In this document: positions 17,001 through 30,869 of the stretch, in pieces
How positions within the stretch are numbered: position 1 is the stretch's first letter
Layout of the letters: every line of letters begins with the position of its first letter
From: Macrostomum lignano
Taxonomy: Eukaryota
Direction of reading: 5' to 3'
DNA length: 64,000 bases
Assembly: GCA_002269645.1 (NCBI GenBank)
Contig: NIVC01001183.1
Location: forward strand, 200,223 to 264,222
Translations under genes and position numbers: made by a program
The notes under the pieces: model-generated
Database searches by the model: none
Seen by the model: only the letters and a program-made list of their open reading frames with translations
What the model was told of the DNA's origin: nothing

Positions 17001-18612
17001 TACTAACGTAAACTTGCATAACAAGCACCTTTATTAACATTAAAAAACAACAATATAAAGAAAATCTCGGCTGACTTTGAAGATGCCCGAGTGCACTTCT
17101 TCGGGACTGCTGTGAGAGCTGCTGAAATACCGGGTATTTTCACGACTAGTTTTACGAACATACCAGAGCGTGTCTCTGCATGAAAAATAATGTATATTAA
17201 TAATCGGGTAACACCTTATCCTAAACGCTAATTATCTATTAAGCAATTGTCACACAAAGTACCAGCATGTTTAGTTAGATGCTAGCTAGTTTAAATAATT
17301 TTATTTATCAATGCATGGTGTAAATTTTACGTTATTTTTTTTACAATCAATAGAGCTGTCAGGGCTGCTGGCAACATCTTGTCCACAAGATCACATTGTC
17401 AATTCTAAGCTAGACAACAACTGTATAGGAGTTTTTCCATAGACAACATGCCCTCGGCGTGCAGTAATGCCCCACTGTCTATGGCAAAAGCATGGACACA
17501 ATCTGACATTAGTTCACGCTGAATGCTTGTTGTCTATGGTAAAAGCTTCGTTGTTTCCTTTCAATTGGCGCAAGTTTTAAAGCGTATAAACCTCACCACC
17601 TCACCACCGCCCAGTGCCACGCTGACTCAGACGCAGAAAGGCTATCCGCCGCCCACTGAGCACGTCGGGCATTCGCGCCTGGCGCGGACGGAGCGCGGCC
17701 TGGACTGGGTGCCCGCCTCCACTGCCCGGGGCCGCGGCAGCAGCGCTGGCCGTCGTTATCCCTGGAAAGGGCCATTTTATCAGCGTCGAACAACAGAACT
17801 GCGCCAAGTAATGGACGAGCTGGATCCGCACCTGCCGGACTTTGACCAGCTGGAGGTGGTCGGCCGATCGGCGGCCGGAGCCGCTGGACACGCTACCGTC
17901 CGGTCGAGGCCGACAACAGCTGTGACGCCGTCGGTGACCACCAAGCGGAGTCGGGCATCAACGTCGCTGTCCTCGGCAGCTGGTGGCAATCGGCGCGGAC
18001 CGGACGACAATGACAGGTGACAAGGACTACCTGAATATATACAGTCTAAATGTTATTCTTAGATGACCTTGTCCACTATTACACTGAAACAGTGCAAATA
18101 GACCACGTCTTCATGCACGCTATTAAATGCTTTGCGTACGTATTGCAGATTTATTCGGGAAGATAGTGAGTAAGAAGATTAACTGCCATCTTCATTACCT
18201 CAATATTTGTTGTTCGTTTTCGATTTATTAAGTTGGATAGTTGGGCAAAATTCTCTCATTATGCCAACTACTATTCACTCATTAATGATAGTCTGATAGT
18301 CATATTGGAGCCAGTTTATCCATGTACTGTGCTAACACCTATGTGGTTGTGTGCGCTTATTTTAAATATGTGAAGTATCCGATTCCGTGAAGTAATTGCT
18401 GCTTAGGCTTTGTGTTAGTTTCGCCAACCCATTTATCTCTTCATTTCATCCTCCCTCTTCCTTTTCTCTCTCTTCTCTTCCCTGTCTCTCTTCTCTCTCT
18501 CCCTTCTCTCTCCCTTCTCTCTCCTCTCTCTTCCCAGTCTCTCTCTCTCTTTCCCTTCTATTTCCCTTTTCTCTCTCTTTTCTCTCTCTCCATTCTCTCT
18601 CCCTTCTCTCTC

Positions 18613-18698
<86 letters not shown>

Positions 18699-18746
18699 TC
18701 TTTCCCTTCTCTCTCCCTTCTTTCCCTTCTCTCTCCCTTCTCTCTC

Positions 18747-18806
<60 letters not shown>

Positions 18807-21800
18807 TCTTTCCCTTCTCTCTCCCTTCTTTCCCTTCTCTCTCCCTTCTCTCTCTCCCTTCTCTCCATTCTCTCTCCCTTCTCTCTCTCCCTTCTCTCTC
18901 TCTCCCTTCTCTCCCTTCTCTCCATTCTCTCTCCCTTCTCTCCCTTCTCTCTCCCTTCTCTCTCCCTCCCTTCTCTCCCTTCTCTATCCCTTCTCTCTCT
19001 CTCCCTTCTCTCTCTCTCTCCCTTCTCTCCCTTCTCTCTCTCTCCCTTCTCTCTCCCTTCTCTCTCCCATCTCTCTCTTATCTCTCTCTTTTCTCTCTTC
19101 CGTTCTCTCACTTTACCATTCATCAGTTTAACTCATTTTTCAACCAAATCCCCGTCACTGCTCAGTTTCAAAATAGTTAACCAGACTCTGCTATCTTTAT
19201 ATCTCCAAAAAGGCGTCAATTAAAATCCCAGCAACAAAAAGCAACTGTTCCTAACCTATATTTTAATTTCGAGCAGGCAAGCCGCTGCTGACGGTTCGCT
19301 GGTGGCCGGACCGTCGCTCCTGTTCGGTGGGCAGCCAGCCCGGTGGCTCGGAGACCCAACCTCCTATCAGGACACCGTCGGCATCGAGGCCCGAGTCATC
19401 CTTGAGACGCCAGCTGGGCGGCCAACCTCGCAATGTCTTAACATTGAAAATGACGGGTCCACTGTTCTCTTTTATCGGTGGAAGGTGGGCGCCTCTTATG
19501 AATTTATGCTTTTAATTGCGTGTTTTTTAGGTGTGACTCATTCTAGACAGGATTGCGACCGACAATAGACAGGTGGGACCGATTGGGACCGTGAATTTCG
19601 GTTAAGGCGATTTTAGAGGATTGTGACCGATTGTAGACAGAATTGTGACCGATTCTAGACAGGATTGTGACCGATTCTAGACAGGATTGTGACCGATTCT
19701 AGACAGGATTGTGACCGATTCTAGACAGGATTGTGACCGATTCTAGACAGGATTGTTACCGATTCTATACAGGATTGTTACCGATTCTATACAGGATTGT
19801 GACCGATTCTTGACATGTGTTCACATTAATTTTGCATTAAAACGAATTAAAAGAATTGTGACCTGTTATAGACAGAATTGGGACTGATTCTAGACAGATG
19901 TGACCGACTATAGACAGACATGACAAATTATGACCTGTTTTTTTTGCTCGAAAATTTATTTGCAAATATGCGCATGCTATTCTACTGCTTCGAAGTCATT
20001 AGTAAATATACTGGACGCGGATCGCAAACTATAAGGCAGGCAAATTATAACTTATTATCTCTCTCCCTAAAATTGCAGAAGCTACCAAAAGCGAATCCTT
20101 TTGGCCTAGTCCAGGACAATCCCCGGCGTTTCTATTTTGACACGGGCAGTGGCGCCCTGCTACCGGGCGAGTCGCTGCATTTTCCTTTCATATTCAAGTC
20201 GGACAAGCCGGGACTGTTCGCCGAGCAGTGGCAGCTGGAGACAACGCCGGTGGTTTGCGGCGGAGCGCGGCTGGTGGTCACCCTGCGGGGCATCGCGGTG
20301 CAGGAGGACGCCACGGCCGTCCAGCGGACCGAGCTGGAGGCGCGGCTAAGGCGCCAGACGGCGGCTAAGATTGTTGGAGCTCTGCTGGACGAGATTCTCG
20401 ACGGAATTCAGGTGGGAAGGGGGGGATCAACTGACCTGCCATGACCCCCTCCACAAAGATTTATTGCTGTCCACTGAATTGAGAGGAGATGATTAAAATA
20501 GCACAATATTTACGGTTGGGTCGCCCCGAAATATCACAGACCCGAAATATTATAGACCCGATATATCATAGACCCGAATATCATAGACCCGAAATATCAT
20601 AGACTCAAAATATCATAGACCCGAAATATCACAGACCCGAAATATCATAGACCCGATATATCATAGACCCGAAATATCATAGACTCAAAATATCATGGAC
20701 CCGAAATATCATAGACCCGAATTATCATAGACCCGAAATATCATAGACTCAAAATATCATAGACCCGAAATATCATAGACCCAAAATATCATAGACCCGA
20801 AATATCACAGACCCGAAATATCATAGACCCGATATATCATAGACCCGAAATATCATAGACCCAAAATATCATAGACCCGAAATATCATAGACTCAAAATA
20901 TCATGGACCCGAAATATCATAGACCCGAATTATCATAGACCCGAAATATCATAGACCCGAAATATCATAGACCCGAAATATCATAAACCTGAAATACCAT
21001 AACTCCGAAAACCAAAATAGCGTTTGACTTGGTCGTTGCTAGCACTTTCGGAGTTGTGATTTTTCGGGTTTGTGATGCCCCCCGTGATATTAGCCAGTTT
21101 CATTAGCTCGTAGAAAATTTTGACTAGATACAGATATCAAAACAGTGCAAAATTAGTATATAGACGAGTGGAACTCCTCCTTTGGAGGAGAAAGAGGATG
21201 GAACTCCCATCGCCAGAATTCAATTCACTGATATCCATCAGCTGAATCCCATGACCCAAATCTCGTCATCCAAATCCTCTCCAAATCCATCAAAATCCTC
21301 TCCATTAAACATAAATCCATCAAATCCTCTCATTTGAACAGGTATCCATCGAAATAATCTCCATGAAACAGAAATCTATCGAAAATCTATCGAAAGCTAC
21401 AATACATCAATTTAATCTATATTTTAGTATATCGAAGACCATTAGAGTGGAAAGACGCAAAAAGAGATAAGGAATGGGCCGGCAATAAAAGGGTGGCTGG
21501 CATTGGTGAGTCAAGAAGAGGTTTGGGGCGATCGATAAAGCGATGTACAGTACAGAGAGAAAATACATTACAGTGCAGGGGCAGGTAAATTGTACTTTGA
21601 TAATTGAATTTGCAGCGTCTGATCAGCCTGAACAAGTTCCAATTAATACAGGATCCTCCTTTATCTGGTCTTAAGTCTTTATCCCACTGTCTGCCGACGT
21701 AAGAGCCAATGACAACGCTTATTAACATGCCAGTTTCATAATCTCTTTCCCCCCGTAGACTCGGATTGGGTCGGGCCCACTCTTTCTGTCTCAAATTGAA

Positions 21801-24800
21801 AACTCGAATACCTAGTTAAGTCTTTAATTGGCTACTTCAATCTGTTTAAAAGAATCTCCCGACTCTCCAGGCACCCGAGCGGCCGACAACGCCCATAGAC
21901 GCTTACATCACGGAGCAGGAGGTGTTCTTGCGCAGGAATCCCAAACTCAGTTGCACTCTGGACACATTGAATCAGCTGCGCCGACTGCACAAGGACACGG
22001 AGGCAGCGGCCGCCGCGTCTGCTAGCGGAACAGCTGCCGAGCCATCGACAGAGTGGGATCTGAGCGTGTCGACTCTTCGCGAGAAAATCCTTAGCCTAGA
22101 GGAGGACCGTCAGGCTCGCAGAGAGGACCTGTCTGGCCGCCTGTTCGCCGCCGTCAATCGGGTGTCCTTCAGTGTTGATCTGCCGCGCTCGGAGCTGCGG
22201 GCGAGTCAGAACCTGATGTGGTGAGCAACAGGGGTGTGTGATGGGGATCTGGGATGTGTGATGGTTCTCTGGGATGTGTGATGGGGATCTGGGATGTGTG
22301 ATGGTTCTCTGGGATGTGTGATGAGGATCTGGGATGTGTGATGGGGATCTGGGATGTGTGATGGGGATCTGCATGGGATGCGGGATGGGGATCTGGGATG
22401 CGTGATGGGGATCTGGGATGTTTGATGGGGATCTGGGATGTGTGATGGGGATCTGGGATGTGTGATGGGGATCTGGGATGTTTGATGGGGATCTGGGATG
22501 TGTGATGGGGATCTGGGATGCGTGATGGGGATCTGGGATGTTTGATGGGGATCTGGGATGTGTGATGGGATCTGGGATGTTTGATGGGATCTGGGATGTG
22601 TGAAGAGCAGCTGGGATGTGTGATGAGGATGTTACGTGTGATGAAAAGCTGGGATGTTTTATGAGCATATTTTTGTGTGCTGTTTATTATAAGGATGAAA
22701 ACGCGGATATAAACGAGTAAATGGTGTGTTATCTATTCAAAATTTTCTGTTTCAAATTCAAATTCCCCATAGCTACGGCATTGTCATGGAGACGATGGAC
22801 AAAATCTACAACGATTGGTACCACCAGAGGGTCATTCGCAAACTGCCGGAAATGGAGATGGACTTCCCGGATCCAAGTAAGACTACAAACGTGTTGCATT
22901 TTCCCTAAAAAATCGATTCTTTTTGTTTTAATCGTAGCATTTTAAATTTTAGTTTCTTTCGATTTAAAATTGCGCTAAATTAACTTAGTTTTTTCTTTCT
23001 GTAGTTTTTTTCATAATTTTCCTTTCATGATAGATATTAAGCTTCGACGGAAAATTCAGTTTACAAAGACTTTTGAAAAAAAGTAAATCATTATAACAAA
23101 ACAAACTGCCGCGCACTATTCGAGACCCTGCAGCTGTTGAGCCGCTGCTCAGCGATCGAAGCAGTTCGTTTGACAGCCAATCAGATCGAATCCTTCAAGA
23201 CGAACTGCCGCCGTCAGAGGACCAAACTGTTGGCCAACAAGTTGTTGCTAACGGCGGCGACGGCATTGAGAGAGACAGTTTGTCCGACGCATCTGACCCG
23301 TTTGGTACCCGCCCCCGCCCTACCTCACTCCCTGCTATAACCTCAAGTATCTTACGTGTCTATCCTTATAATAAGTCAGCCCGTCACATTAATCGCGTGT
23401 ATAAAAGTTCCCCAGTCAAACTGCATGTCTGAGTGGAGATTAGATCCTCACTAGGGTAGCATAATTAGGCGTTATGGTAGCTTAAATTGGCGCCACATTT
23501 TCTTATTAATTAGGCGGCATTGCAGCTTAATTAGGCGCCACATTAGCTTATTAATTAGGCGTCATGGTAGATTACTTAGGCGTAATGGTAGATTGATTAG
23601 GCGTCATTGTAGATTAATTAGGCGTCATTGTAGATTAATTAGGCGTCATTGTAGATTAATTAGGCGTCATTGTAGATTAATTAGGCGTCATTGCAGATTA
23701 ATTAGGCGTCATTGTAGATTAATTAGGCGTCATTGTAGTTTAATTAGGCATCATTGTAGATTAATTAGGCGTCATTGCAGATTAATTAGGCGTCATTGTA
23801 GATTAATTAGGCGTCATTGTAGATTGATTAGGCGTCATTGTAGATTAATTAGGCGTCATTGTAGATTAATTAGGCGTCATTGTAGATTCATTAGGCGTCA
23901 TTGTAGTTTAATTAGGCGTCATTGTAGATTAATTAGGCGTCATTGTAGATTTATTAGGCGTCATTGTAGATTTATTAGGCGTCATTGTAGATTTATTAGG
24001 CGTCATTGTAGATTTATTAGGCGTCAAAGTGCCCCGCTCCACACTGTAACTATTGTAATATATAATGACTATCTCAGCAGCATCACACACGCGTGAACGA
24101 ATAGCAAAGCTCAAAGTCACTGCCCGGATCTCTTGTGATAACATGTACTCCTATCTATCACTTTCTCAACAACTATAATGCACAATATTCTTTATGTGTG
24201 ATTATCTATTGTTTTTTTTTTCAAAACGGAAGTATGAGGATCTGCATTTTTTATTACCAATTGAGCAATAATTCTTGGTTAGTATACAGAAATATCGTAA
24301 TCAAAATCAAAATTCAATGTTGAGGACAAAAATATGCACTTTAGTTTCTAACTCAACCCATTTGACACAGTTAACTGAAACTTTCTAACGTAAAAAATGA
24401 CAAATTAATAACGCGCACAACCAGTTTTCAAAGTAGCCAATGCACTATTTTGTAAATTTTTAATAAATTATTTTTATCGCAGGTTCGTCAGCCCGAGAGG
24501 GTAAAGGTATTAAAAAATGAGACAAACATATTTTTGCCGTGTCTGTTATAACACTCGTTAATTAAACAATTTTGTAACTCAAGATGCATGGGGATTTGGA
24601 TATTTCACGAAAGAAACTTATTCAAAGTTTGTTTTACTAGCTATTAACAAATAAAATACTTGCAGTAGCATGGTAGGATCATGGTCGTGATTATAACGGA
24701 TTAAAAAAACAAGTTTTTTAGGTAGAAAAAGGTACAAGTGCATGCCATATCTACCATAACTTGGTATAAGCAATGATGTTTGCAAAATAATACACGCGTA

Positions 24801-25950
24801 TGACCTGTTGTGTTAATTAATGAATTAATTTTAACAAATGCACGCACTGTTCTGTAAGGCGAGATAGCTGTTTTTAATGTGTACATCTATTGCAACTAGA
24901 AACTTCAGACACAAATGCATGCATTTTTCATGGAAAAATCATCTAATTGCAATAATGCGACAAACGCAAAAGTCAAACTAATTTTTTCTAGTACATTTAA
25001 AATTGAAAAAAAACATTACAGGTGCAACCAAGAGAGCGAAAGCAGCAGACAAGCAAAAGTCGACAGTGTCAAAGGAGAGCACCAAGGCGTCTGGCTTGAA
25101 AAATGAGCAGACTCGAGGCTCCGTGAGTGCTTTGCTTTGTCGGACATGCTATGAATTGGGTGTCTGACATGCTATGAATTGGGTGTCATACATGCTATGA
25201 ATTGGGTGTCTGACATGCTATGAATTGGGTGTCATACATGCTATGAATTGGGTGTCTGACATGCTATGAATTGGGTGTCATACATGCTATGAATTGGGTG
25301 TCTGACATGCTACATACATGCTATGAATTGGGTGTCATACATGCTATGAATTGGGTGTCTGACATGCTATGAATTGGGTGTCTGACATGCTATGAATTGG
25401 GTGTCATACATGCTATGAATTGGGTGTCTGACATGCTATATATTGGGTGTCAGACATGCTGATTGTTGTCAATATGATGAACGGCAACTATGGATTTAAA
25501 TTCAATGGATTTAAATAGACTAGGAAATTTCATTTCTGAAAAAAATTTGCACACCATTAGCAGATTTTCCCTATATTTCTACTATCAGTAGTGCAACCAT
25601 AACCATAACCATAGCAAACTGGAATATTTTTTTACGAAAAATTGCAGATGTCATTAAGCAAGGAGCGAACCAAGTCACCCAGGAGGATGGCCTCCGGTGG
25701 CGGTCGCAAGGCCTCCGAGGACGCCGGGCGCCCCGGCGGCGACCTGCCAGCAGCTGCGGCCGCCGGTGCCGTCGTCGCCGATCAGTCGGCAATCGACGAG
25801 GAGTCCGAGGAGCCAGAGATGCAGCTGACCCCGGAGCTGTTGGCCGAACGACGCTGCTTGGACAGCATCTACGCCAACACCTACTGCCTGCTAGGCCGCA
25901 TGGCTGAGTCCATTGCCGACGTGTGCGAGTCGCTACGTTACGACTGTTGA
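14018..25950 (+). CDS. MYCBPAP: MYCBP-associated protein (AMAP-1/MYCBPAP family), 14 exons, 954 aa
   Basis: Exons 14018-14063, 15441-15583, 15809-16304, 16405-16524, 16864-16927, 17615-18016, 19277-19484, 20079-20411, 21871-22220, 22773-22876, 23134-23304, 24483-24506, 25022-25122, 25648-25950. All are GT-AG and phase-consistent, totalling 2865 nt. Family-typical segments include PHSILGSPEEF, ALRNWERQM, GSEFW, NDGSTVLFYRWK and RFYFDTGSGALLPGESLHFPFIFKSDKPGLFAEQWQLETTP. Confidence 0.92.
14581..15041. repeat. 29/31-bp minisatellite (~15 units) in MYCBPAP intron 1
   Basis: Unit CACCCATAGACA(G/A)TCAGTGGGCTGATGCTGTCA-type, read directly. Confidence 0.95.
16597..16830. repeat. 63-bp minisatellite (~4 units) in MYCBPAP intron 4
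   Basis: Unit ...GCAAACAATGCGTGCAACAACCCCAACCCACCCTCCGCCCCGCCACCCAATCAC...; it ends ~30 nt before the acceptor. Confidence 0.93.
17430..17547. mobile_element. Small hairpin/MITE-like element
   Basis: Arms AGTTTTTCCATAGACAACATGC and GCTTGTTGTCTATGGTAAAAGCT are inverted. Confidence 0.6.
18440..19110. repeat. CT-rich microsatellite/low-complexity tract in MYCBPAP intron 6
   Basis: (CT)n and CCCTTCTCT units; the source of spurious SL-rich and RE-rich ORFs. Confidence 0.97.
19540..19920. repeat. 22-bp minisatellite in MYCBPAP intron 7
   Basis: Unit GACAGGATTGTGACCGATTCTA with decayed flanking units. Confidence 0.92.
20512..21085. mobile_element. TIR element whose left subterminal 16-bp repeat (GACCCGAAATATCATA) has expanded to ~28 copies
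   Basis: Left end ACGG...CCCGAAATATCACAGACCCGAAA. The right end, reverse-complemented, reads ACGGGGGGCATCACAAACCCGAAAAATCACAACTCCGAAA. No clean TSD. Confidence 0.65.
22233..22625. repeat. 20-bp minisatellite (~19 units) in MYCBPAP intron 9
   Basis: Unit GGGATCTGGGATGTGTGATG; it starts ~12 nt after the 22221 donor. Confidence 0.95.
23500..24025. repeat. 21-bp minisatellite (~22 units) in MYCBPAP intron 11
   Basis: Unit ATTAGGCGTCATTGTAGATTA; it explains the IRRHCRL ORF. Confidence 0.95.
25141..25460. repeat. 23-bp minisatellite (~14 units) in MYCBPAP intron 13
   Basis: Unit CATGCTATGAATTGGGTGTC(TGA/ATA); it starts ~18 nt after the 25123 donor. Confidence 0.95.
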
Positions 25951-28918
25951 GCACTGCAGTTTGCGTTTTCTGCATGAGCTGCTTTAATACGTTGATACGC
26001 TGCCGTAATTGCAACAGAATTCATTGCTTTTTATTGCACTTGAAAAAATAGTTTTGCATGCAAAAGTCACAATTATGATTGAAATCACAGAAGCTATACG
26101 TAACAAAACGTTCATTTGGTGATTTTTTTGTTTAACTCTTACTTCTTTTTGTTTTATTAAATGAAAATTGAATCTAGATTTTCTATAGAATACAGTTGGA
26201 TACCCGAATTTTGAATACCGAATTCACAGATAATTACTCGAACAAATCAGGAATGTTATTTTATGATTTTTATAGTTGCTTTTTTATTGACTTGTTGATC
26301 AGTCAAATATGAAAACTACATGTATGTATATACTGGGGGTTCTGGGCATCACAATGCCATTTGCATCTGAATTCAAGTTGATGCCAACTTGAAAACCAGG
26401 ATTATTAGCCTGAGAAAATTGGCGCGGTGCCACCAAATGCAGCCTAATTTTTGTGTTTTTACAAAGATTGTACGGATTTTTAGGTCCCTTCTTTGATGCG
26501 GTGATTTTATGGTCAGCGTTAATGAGCCTATAATTGGCTGTTTTACCATGGAACAGAAGCTGACTGAAAAAAAATTGACCTTTTTAGGCATCATGGTCGA
26601 CTACTGAAGCTGCCTCCGCCCCCTTATGAGCAGGCAACCGTCATTTCCCAATGTCGAGGCAGGGGCCTCTCCTGATGAACTTGATGATCAGTGGAAGATC
26701 AGTCGAGATTTGGGTAGTGCTTAGTCGAAGATGAGACTCTGCCTGGGCGTTCAGAGTCCGGAGTCTGCAACCCAACCATGCATTGAGCACTTTCCAGCAC
26801 GGGATCTTTTGTGGCTACGACTGACGAAAATAGACAGCGTGCTAGTAGACTTTACTAAGAGTAGTATGAGGGAGCATGATCGAACTAATATGACATCCAG
26901 ATCCAGATGCTCAGTGCGAGAAGTATCGTATATACAGTACTTCCAGTAGTGATACTTTCAACAGCCTTGCAATGCACAAGAGACAGCTGGGCGCCACAGG
27001 GGACACAAGAAAGCGGAGCAGGGGGAGAAAGAGGAGATTGGAGAGAGGAAAAATAGAGGAGAAATAAAGAGAAGAAATTAAGATAATCAAGGTGGTAATT
27101 TCACATGTAAAGCGAGATAGAAGGATTTACATTTTGAGATGAAAGGTTGTAATACTGTATTTAAAACACGAATACAGCAGCGGAGAAGCAGTGAGGGCGG
27201 AGGTGTTGGGCAAGAGATGGTGGCGGGAGAAGCCGCACTCCCCACTTAAAAACAGCCGGAATTTCCTTTCGGAATCCAGTTGGACGTGCTCCGTAAACTA
27301 TTGTCCGAATCCGACAACCGGCCATTGCCTACCAAACTCTGTCGTCGGATTCCAATTAGATTTTCCGGAGCGCAGGTCGGTGTGTTAACGCGTGGGTACA
27401 AATATGTGTAAAATGTGCGCATCTGCGCGGAAAGCGACGTGCTTTGTGTGTACATGTACATGTAAATCACGGAAAAAGTATCAAAATTGCCCATTTTACG
27501 TACGTCGACGGCTACGTGTGGGTTCTACGCGAGGGATCTACGAGAGTACAACTTACGCTATACAGTATGTGGCAGAGCAGAGACTGAACGTGGGCGATCC
27601 ATGGGCCGTCATGTCCCTCGAGATCGTCTCCTAGCTAATTTATAACCATAGGGCCGCCCAAAAGCAATTGGGAGTCAACCAAAACGAAAAAGTAATAAGA
27701 CTCTCGGGCACCCAGACAGTGTGATTTCGGCCGGTGAATTTAGCAAGCAGGCAAACAGGACGCATTAAACGTCTCTGAAATATAATGTGCATTGTAACGA
27801 ACTATACATGACGTCAGTAGTAGTAGTATAGTAGTAGTAGTAAGTTGGCTCAGGCAAAAAGCCTGTTTGGCCTAATATAAGTCGATGTATTTAATACTTG
27901 TTCAAAAGGTTGGATACTCTTAAATGATGAATGAATACGTGTTACTACGATATTTGTATTAAATATTGTATTTGAAAGAGCGTCTGGAATTTTTTACTGT
28001 TCATGAGATGTTCATTTTCAAACTAACTAATGAACCTATACAACAGAACGACAAGAAATGAAGTAGGGAATTATGAAAACAGGTACCGTATGGTTTTGAT
28101 GCAAAACGGTTCATCCAAAATTCGATTTAAAATATAGGTAGTTAAGTGTTTTTCTATCAATGAGAAATATTGAGTATAAGGATTGCTCAAAATATTTGGC
28201 GATTATTATTAATGGCGATTTAAATAGGAAAAAAATAAAAAAGTGATGAATGGACAAAGTGAGACATTTATAAAAGCATATTGCGGTATTGGCAATACTT
28301 TTCTGCGAGTAAATGCCCCACGACCACGGGACCGTTCAAGGACGTAATGGTGGGAAAAATAAGCGGACTCAGTACTATTCTGTTATACATGTACACAGCA
28401 TGTATATCTTTCAAGTAAATAGTTTTAACTGTACATGGCATCGTAAATATTAGCTACTCCAGTAAGCTCTTTTCTGACTCTTTTATCATTTGTCTGGCAT
28501 ACTTTATTATTTTTTGAGCTATGCAAAAAAATTGAAATGTTTTAATATTCATTTCTGCGATGACTAATTTAGCGTTTTAGCCTAACTATTTGTGAATTTT
28601 AAGATTTTAAAAAGATTGAAGCATTTTATAATTTACAATATTTTTAGTAAACGTCTTTCTTGCATTAAAAAGTTTGATTTGCTGCTCTTTTTAAACATAC
28701 CGTTGGGGCACGCATTTAAATTACAAATTAAAAACCTACGTCGACCCATGCGTTTTAACTAGACAGGTCCAGTAATTGTCATCTGCATAATTGAATGAAT
28801 AAGGTCCGACCATTATGTGCTTAAAGGTCTAGACGATAAAATTATACAAAATTTATATGCTTATAGGCTGTCGGATATACTTAATGTGAGAGTTAACTCT
28901 GAAGAAATCTTGTTAATA

Positions 28919-30814
28919 ATGTCTTCGACTTCAAATTCTGTTGTAGTGGCGCTTCTTCCATCTGATATTGATCGACTTATTCTTGGTAAGTTTTTTTCTT
29001 CAAATTTATAGCGTTTTGCCATAATTTGCTTCCATCTACCATATGTTTATTTTTAGGAAAAACGATGTATTCTAAATGAAGACTAGATCACTATATTTCC
29101 ATAGCATTGTCATAGTCATTAGTCATTGGGAACAGTTTTTTTCCATGCATAATTTTTTACAATTTGCTTCAATTTGTACCAAATTTACTAAAATTACATA
29201 CCATGTCTATAAACACTGGCTAGGTTTTATTATGTAGTATAGGGGACTATCAGGCCTATATCATATAATCTTATATATATAATCTATATAATCTTAGCAA
29301 AATATAAAGTATACAAATAATATTAATAATAGTTAAATAATTATGCCTACATTATATTTCAATGGCAATGTCAATGAAATTAAATATTAGAAAAAAAACT
29401 CTGACTAAAATGGTATGAGACTTCTAATAGGTATCCAGATAGTCTAGCAATAGGACAATCTAGCAACAGTTAAAATAATAATAATCAATCCAGCAACAAG
29501 GTATAGTAAAATGGAATACTTATAGGCATGGCTATAATCATCAATATAAAAGATGTGTTCTGTAAGGCTCTCATAAGCAAATAGTGGCTTAATTGATATA
29601 TCAATTGCCTTATGATTGCATATAGCAACGTTTGAATACTAAGTGGTCAAAGTTTTTTTAATTTGAAATGTTTTTAACAAACAGAAAATTTTGTATCTTG
29701 AACTCTTCAAGTTTTTTAATTAAAATAAAATAATAAAGTAAATAATTTTTTTAATAAGAGTAACATTAAATCTTAAAATGCTGCCAGAATTATATATGTA
29801 GCTATATCTATAAGTATTTGAACTTTGAACTTAAAATTTTTTATAAAATTTTATATAAGAAATTTGCCACATTTTTGTTCATGCTCTTTAGTTATTGCTA
29901 GATTTTCATTTATTCTCAAGTTGCTTAATTATGCATTTAGTAAGGCTATAATAATGTTTAACTCATGACAAAGTATGATCAATATATATAAAAAAATATT
30001 TCTTTTACAGTAGCTACATATATTGTAGCTGCACTTTAGGACTTAGTGTTACTCTTAAAATTAAATTAAATTAAATTTAAAACAAAATTCAAATTAAAAA
30101 AAACTCTGACCATTTGGGATTTAAACATTTTCATGCAATCACAAGGCAATTAACTTACTACTAAGCCACTAAGACTAACAACCTCAACTCTTGAAAACTT
30201 ACACTAATTAAAAGTGCAATGTTTGACAGCAAGCATTTCCCCCCAAGGTAAATATATCACTTATTCCTTGTTGCAAAATATCTTTAATGTCTTTTTTCAT
30301 TTAAATACCAATTTGTATAGTCTTAGGCCCAGGCTTTGAAATTATGGGTAAAATGGATACCACAAAGTATGAACCTGACATCCAAATCAAATGTTTCCTG
30401 TAAGCTTATTCAACAACAAGAACCATAAAATGACACTTAAATATTGATGCAATGTGTATGCAGGAATGTTGAATTAAAATATCTACTATAAACTCCATCT
30501 ATGAGCTGAGTTATGCTTTTGTATGCATGCAATACTTATTTCATACATATCTTCTACATTGCGCAGGTTACCTCAGCGACGTCAAGTACAATGCGACCCA
30601 CAGTAGCCTGCTTCAAGAATCGCCATTCCTTTACGAATACTCTTATTTAACCCAGATGGGCGTCGCCTGCCCAACCACCACCTGCGAGGGCCTCACTCTA
30701 ATTGACATTTTAACCGAATATTTCAACGAGAAACGTCGGCAAAGAAAAATTGCAAAACGCACTTTGACGGCTAATGGCCGGCTTTCCATTGCCAGGGAGC
30801 AGCTGCAGGCAACG

Positions 30815-30869
<55 letters not shown>

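Noticed and set aside
15613-18010. Overlapping alternative-frame and antisense ORFs across MYCBPAP exons
   Set aside because: These are shadow ORFs of GC-rich coding exons; only one frame has family motifs and consistent splice phases.
23593-24096. 167-aa IRRHCRL-repeat (protamine-like) protein
   Set aside because: It is a 21-bp intronic minisatellite with a TTG start and no splice or promoter support.
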